Position numbers and translations under genes: made by a program
From: an uncultured delta proteobacterium
Lineage (GTDB): Bacteria; Desulfobacterota; Desulfobaccia; Desulfobaccales; 0-14-0-80-60-11
Direction of reading: 5' to 3'
NCBI GenBank assembly: GCA_963812015.1
Contig: CAWETI010000003.1
Coordinates: forward strand, 1,824,001-1,888,000
Length of the DNA: 64,000 nucleotides
The notes under the pieces: model-generated
The model's input: the letters and a program-made list of their open reading frames with translations, nothing else
Databases searched by the model: none
What the model was told of the DNA's origin: nothing
In this document: piece by piece, positions 59,333 to 64,000 of the stretch
Layout: every line of letters begins with the position of its first letter
Position numbering within the stretch: position 1 is the stretch's first letter

Positions 59333-60058
59333 ATGGATAGTTCTGAAGAAAGAACCCGTGGCGAGCAAATCAACACATGGGTGCAAACTATCGGGATTGT
59401 TTTAGCTGCTGCCTGGGGAATATACACTTTTGTCTTTACACAAATTACGCTGCCAAAATCAGCCCCACTAAATATATCGATAGGTCTTTCTTTAAAAAGG
59501 AGCGGTACGAGCGTTCCTGTAGTAGCCAAAAATGGTAAAAAATTTGAAGCTATCGAAATGAAAATTTCCGCCCAAAATCCTAGTTCACGAATAATTTATC
59601 TATATCCTAATAAATTCATAGCATATGGATTTAAGGTAATTCAGAAAGATTATAATATTCCGAAACAAATCCCTGATCAACAAGATAATTTTTGTAGTCT
59701 CATAACTAAGCATTATAGCTTAAGCCAGTCGTCAATAATAGCTATTGCTGATTTTATACCTGATTTCTTTTTAAAACCAGGTGAAAAAGTAGGAAGAGAT
59801 TTAATATTTCTTGTCCCTAAAGGCGAATATGATATGCTTCAAGTTATTGGTTATATCCCTACTGCTGCCGATGAATCAGATGAATTTAAATTGAGGTGGG
59901 AATGTGTAGAAAACAATGAGTTGGCTTATTCTATGTACAAGGTTTCAGGAGGTAAGGAAGAGAAATTAGAGAAGATAAAAGGAGTTGGATTTAAAAATTA
60001 TCCAAAAAAACTTGACTGGCAATATGCTGAAACTAGCTCAATGATATCTTTGTGGTAA
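59333..60058 (+). CDS. AT-rich single-TM hypothetical protein
   Basis: 241-aa ORF, RBS AGGAG, N-terminal TM WVQTIGIVLAAAWGIYTFVF. Confidence 0.75.
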   Translation: MDSSEERTRGEQINTWVQTIGIVLAAAWGIYTFVFTQITLPKSAPLNISIGLSLKRSGTSVPVVAKNGKKFEAIEMKISAQNPSSRIIYLYPNKFIAYGFKVIQKDYNIPKQIPDQQDNFCSLITKHYSLSQSSIIAIADFIPDFFLKPGEKVGRDLIFLVPKGEYDMLQVIGYIPTAADESDEFKLRWECVENNELAYSMYKVSGGKEEKLEKIKGVGFKNYPKKLDWQYAETSSMISLW

Positions 60059-60186
60059 GCTCATCACTTAGTTTGCTTTAAATTTTCCAATATTTATATA
60101 GCGGCTTATGGCCGCCATAATAATCTGACGCCTCCGCCAAATGCCTCTCCAAATCTTGCCATTCTCTCAAGATTATTTGCCAATTC

Positions 60187-60975
60187 ATGGCCTGTCATGG
60201 TTTAATAGAATCGATGGACCGAGTGACACGTGAATCTGCCAAAAATTTGGGAATATGGCTCAACCGCTTCGGCCTGACGGTGCTGGAGTTCTTTCTGCCC
60301 CGGATGTGTCTGTTCTGCGGGGCGGCGGTGGGGGAAGAGGCCCAGATCGCGGTCTGTCCGGAGTGCGAGGGGCAGATCGAGTGGGTCGCCAGCCCCCTGT
60401 GCACCTGCTGCGGGGTGATGTTTGCCTCCCGGGACGGCGCCGACCGCGTCTGCGGGGATTGCCAGACTGATCCGCCCCCCTTTACCCGGGCCCGGGCCGC
60501 GGCTATCTACGAGGGGCCCGTGGCCAAGGCCATTACCAATTTCAAGTTCGGCCGCCGCATGGCCTATCTCCCGGTTTTGCAGCACTGGCTGAGGTGCCCC
60601 CTGTGTCTGGAGTTGGTGGCCACCGCCGACCTCCTGGCACCCGTGCCCCTCCACCCGAAACGCCTGAAACATCGGGGCTTCAACCAGTCCCTCCTCCTGG
60701 CCCGGACCTTCCCAGAGGTGCCGGTGGAACGGGAGGCCGTTGTCCGCACCCGCCATACCGTGCCCCAGGTGGGACTCAAGGCCAGGGAGCGCCGGGACAA
60801 CGTCAAGGGGGCCTTTGCGGTGCCCGATCCGGCCCGGGTGAAGGGGAAAAACGTGCCCCTGGTTGATGACCTGTTCACCACCGGCTCCACGGTGCAGGAG
60901 TGCGCCAAAGTCTTGCGCAGGGCCGGCGCCCGCCAGGTGGAAGTCCTCACCGTGGCCCGGGTGAGGCATGAATGA
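60187..60975 (+). CDS. comF: ComF family protein (Zn ribbon + phosphoribosyltransferase)
   Basis: CLFC, CPEC, CTCC, CGDC, PVPLH, RGFNQS, VDDLFTTGST; start uncertain. Confidence 0.9.
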   Translation: MACHGLIESMDRVTRESAKNLGIWLNRFGLTVLEFFLPRMCLFCGAAVGEEAQIAVCPECEGQIEWVASPLCTCCGVMFASRDGADRVCGDCQTDPPPFTRARAAAIYEGPVAKAITNFKFGRRMAYLPVLQHWLRCPLCLELVATADLLAPVPLHPKRLKHRGFNQSLLLARTFPEVPVEREAVVRTRHTVPQVGLKARERRDNVKGAFAVPDPARVKGKNVPLVDDLFTTGSTVQECAKVLRRAGARQVEVLTVARVRHE

Positions 60976-61141
60976 GAATTAAGGGAAAAAACGGATTGCT
61001 GGAATTTCTGATGGTGGCCCGTGCCGGCCCTACAGGTAAAATATTTTACCATCACTGGTTCTCGTTAGGGCACAGGGTACTGGGCCCTCTAACGACCAAC
61101 CTTGGGATGAAAATTCTTCATATTTACCGAGGCCGCAATTC

Positions 61142-61636
61142 ATGACCGTATGCAGCACCGACCATAAAGTGGTGGATCGGGAGGCCGCGGCCCGGTGGGT
61201 CAAAGACCGACAGGGCGCGGCTAAGCTGGTGGTCTTCACCAACGGCTGTTTCGATCTCCTGCACCTGGGCCACGTGCACTACCTGGAGGAGGCGCGCTCC
61301 CTGGGGGACGCCCTCATCGTCGGGGTCAACACCGACGCCTCGGTGGCCCGCCTGGGCAAAGGCCCCGGCCGCCCCCTCAACCCCGCAGCCGACCGGGCTC
61401 GGCTCTTGGCGGCCCTAGCCTGCGTGGATCGGGTGGTGCTGTTCCCCGAAGACACGCCCCTGGAGCTCATTACCATGATCGCCCCCGACATCCTGGTGAA
61501 AGGCGGGGACTACCAACTGCACGAGATCGTGGGCCGGGAAGCGGTACTGGCCCGGGGCGGCCGGGTGGTGGCTTTGCCCTTCGTGCCGGGCTACTCCACC
61601 ACCGCGCTCCTCGAGCGCATCCGGGGTGGAGGTTGA
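61142..61636 (+). CDS. rfaE2: D-glycero-beta-D-manno-heptose 1-phosphate adenylyltransferase
   Basis: [29 protein letters not shown]. Confidence 0.93.
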   Translation: MTVCSTDHKVVDREAAARWVKDRQGAAKLVVFTNGCFDLLHLGHVHYLEEARSLGDALIVGVNTDASVARLGKGPGRPLNPAADRARLLAALACVDRVVLFPEDTPLELITMIAPDILVKGGDYQLHEIVGREAVLARGGRVVALPFVPGYSTTALLERIRGGG

Positions 61637-61916
61637 GGAGGAGGCAAACCGACCTCTGCCGTTCTTGTCCTGGCAGTCCTTGTGAGCAATAATTTGATTT
61701 TTAAAAATGTTATGTGCTATCGTGCTATCCACGAATCGAGTTTGGTTTAAATAATAAAGTCGCTTTTGTGCTAACCTTTGGAAAAGATGTCCCATAGCCG
61801 ATTTCTTACAGACGCAGCCAAAACTGCCGCATCATCTCCATATAACTCCCCCAATAGGCGCCAAGCAGCAATGCAGTCAAAGATGCCCCCCGATCATCAT
61901 CGTTGCCATAGCATAA

Positions 61917-63072
61917 ATGATCAAAGCTAAGATAATCATATCCTACCTGATTATAATTGTTATTAATATTCTCTGTATTGAGAGTATAGCTTATTGTTTA
62001 GGGAAATATTTAGAAACTAAAGGTGTGTTATATAAAGCGCAGGAAACTTTTGATGATTTTGATAATTATCTGAAAAACCGACATCCGGTATTAGGTTGGA
62101 TTTCTCAGAAGGATGTCGATGCACATGGGTCACGCCTCATTCCTGCCTACCCTGACCCCACCAAATTTACTGCCTGCGTCTCTTTGTATGGAGATTCTTT
62201 TACTTGGGGCGCAGAAGTTGATAATGAAGACGCCTGGTCCAATGTGCTCTCATCATTACTGGGTTGCCGGGTAGAAAATTATGGTGTCGGTGGGTACGGC
62301 ACTGACCAAGCTTATTTGCGGTTCAAGTTAAATATTCAGGATAAATCCAAGGTTGTCATAATGGGTTTTTTAACTGAAAATATTTTCAGAAATATTAATC
62401 AATTTAGGAATCTTCTTTATCCAAACCATCGCTATGCCCTTAAGCCGCGATTTATCCTCGATAAGGATGGAAACCTTGAATTGATTCCCTTAATAAATGT
62501 ATCAAAAAATGAATATATTCTCCTCGTGAAAGAACCGGATAAATATTTGAAGCATGAATTTTTTTTTAGAAGACTTCGGCCATATAAATAGTCTTAGATT
62601 CCCCTATACGCTGTCACTCTTAAAATGCGTTAACCATTATTACCTACATGCCAAACTTGCTGGAAAGCCTACCTATTCTGATTTTTACAATTCGAATCAT
62701 AAATCGGGAGCTTTGCAAATTACAAATAAGATTCTTATAGATTTTAATAATGACGCTTCAGCAGAAAACAGGATTCCAATAATATTAATAATACCTACGT
62801 ATGATGATTTAAAATATTTTAAAAAAAATCAAAAATGGGTCTACCAAAATCTCATAGATTTATTAAGAAAAGAAGGCATAGAACCACTACATGTCGGCGA
62901 AGATTTTTTAGAGAAAATTGGAACGCGCAACATTAATGTTTTTTTTACAATTACAACCGGTCACCTTAATGTCGAGGGCAATAAAATACTGGCAGGCATT
63001 GTCTATAAATATATTAAAGAGAAAGTGTCTGCCAACCCATCGAAACCCACCTCATTGCCTGCCTCCCCATAA
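61917..63072 (+). CDS. AT-rich SGNH/GDSL-like protein, frameshifted at T9 run 62559-62567
   Basis: N-terminal TM, GDSFTWG, NYGVGGYGTDQ in ORF1; GHLNVEGN in ORF2. Confidence 0.75.
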
Positions 63073-63114
63073 TGTTCTCAAGTTTATTCATCAGGCATTG
63101 CGGGGCTCTTCTCA

Positions 63115-63999
63115 TCAAGTTTTTGCCCGCAAGCCGGCGAAGGCCAGGGGCAGGAGGGCCAGGCTGATGGCCCCGGAGATGATGAGCGGCGCCTGGTAGC
63201 CGTAGGCCGCGCCCAGGGGGCCGAAGATCAGTGACCCGGCCAGGACCCCCATGGTGGTGGTCAGGGAGATGAGGCTGGCGCTGCCGCCGATGCGGTCCAC
63301 GTGAAAGAGCCGGGTGATCGTGGTGTAGGTCTCCATAAGGATGAGGCCGTCGCCGAACCCGTGCACCGCCCGCCAGGCAAAGGACCAGGGCAGGACCGGA
63401 TATGTCATCATGATATGCCCGGCGCCGGAAAAAACGAGGGCCAGGGAGAGAAAGGTGAGGGGCTTGAGGCGCTGCGCCCAAAAACGGCCGTGGAGATAGG
63501 CGGTGAGGGCCACTACCCCGAACTCCCCGGCCATGTATGTCCCCACCCCCAGGGGCGACAGGCCCAGGTTCTCCTCCAGGAACAGGGCGAGGCTGGTGGC
63601 CTCGGCCCCCCAGTGCAGGGTGAAGAGAAAGAGCCAGGTGACAAAAAAGAGCACCGGGGGAGCCAGAAAATCCCGGCCATACTCGAAGAGGGGGATACGC
63701 ACGCCCCGGGTCAGCGGGAGTTTGACCGTGGGCGCAATCAACAGGAGTAGCCCGATGCTGCAGAGCTTCAGGGTGGTGGCAAAATCCAGCCAGTAATACG
63801 CCGCCCCCCCAAAAAGGGCCCCCACCATCATCCCCCCCATGCGCATGGCGTTATAGTGGCCCAGACGCCGGGGGGTATCCGCCTGCTCTTCCTTGAACAA
63901 CAGGGTATCCAGGGAGAGCCGGAAGAGTTGGATACTCAGGCCGAACCCCCAAAAGACCCCCAGAAAGGTCCAGAAACTCCCCACGACCGCCAGCCCCCA
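63115..63999 (-). CDS. MFS transporter, 5'-truncated by window edge
   Basis: Multiple TM helices, MFS-like pattern (HGFGDG, GPLGAAYGY). Confidence 0.8.
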   Translation of the reverse strand, partial: WGLAVVGSFWTFLGVFWGFGLSIQLFRLSLDTLLFKEEQADTPRRLGHYNAMRMGGMMVGALFGGAAYYWLDFATTLKLCSIGLLLLIAPTVKLPLTRGVRIPLFEYGRDFLAPPVLFFVTWLFLFTLHWGAEATSLALFLEENLGLSPLGVGTYMAGEFGVVALTAYLHGRFWAQRLKPLTFLSLALVFSGAGHIMMTYPVLPWSFAWRAVHGFGDGLILMETYTTITRLFHVDRIGGSASLISLTTTMGVLAGSLIFGPLGAAYGYQAPLIISGAISLALLPLAFAGLRAKT

Positions 64000-64000
64000 G

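Noticed and set aside
59256..60186. Integron cassette around the AT-rich ORF
   Set aside because: No recognisable attC (RYYYAAC..GTTRRRY) pair or integron integrase.

Overview
GC-rich bacterial chromosome segment whose gene order and content point to an anaerobic Desulfobacterota ('deltaproteobacterium'; inference). (1) 1-13226: a gas-vesicle locus: Cdc48-like AAA ATPase, gvpF/L x2, PAS histidine kinase, receiver, then a sigma54-type promoter ahead of gvpA-gvpC-gvpN-gvpV-gvpF-gvpG-gvpA2-gvpK-gvpJ. Embedded in it are two J-domain-less DnaJ-type zinc-finger proteins, a small Zn-ribbon protein, a tandem GET3/ArsA-fold ATPase with GET3-type CxxC motifs, and a Zn-ribbon-GvpA fusion. This putative gas-vesicle assembly/chaperone module is the most novel-looking system in the window. 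(2) 13.3-20.3 kb: mobile-element debris (group II intron end, IS1182/integrase chimera), tRNA-Leu(TAA), and a 6.2-kb island bounded by a 56-bp tRNA 3' duplication. The island carries a signal-peptide beta-solenoid/2TM protein, an intact IS1595 element with a passenger gene, and an integrase stub. (3) 20.6-36.4 kb: housekeeping genes (rpmE, feoB, yceD-rpmF, acyl-CoA dehydrogenase-etfB-methyltransferase-etfA where plsX-fabH-fabD usually lie, fabG-acpP-rpiB-glyA-nrdR-ribD). (4) 36.5-52.7 kb, minus strand: trp genes with a Trp-rich leader peptide attenuator, interrupted by korDABC and two more beta-solenoid/2TM paralogs. (5) 52.6-64 kb: GT87, suhB, DUF296, rhomboid, miaB, DUF151, PHP, ComF, rfaE2, SGNH and MFS genes. 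Several REP-like palindrome families fill the intergenic regions. Five frameshifts occur at homopolymer runs, either real or sequencing errors. All calls are from motif recognition by eye; no database searches were run.
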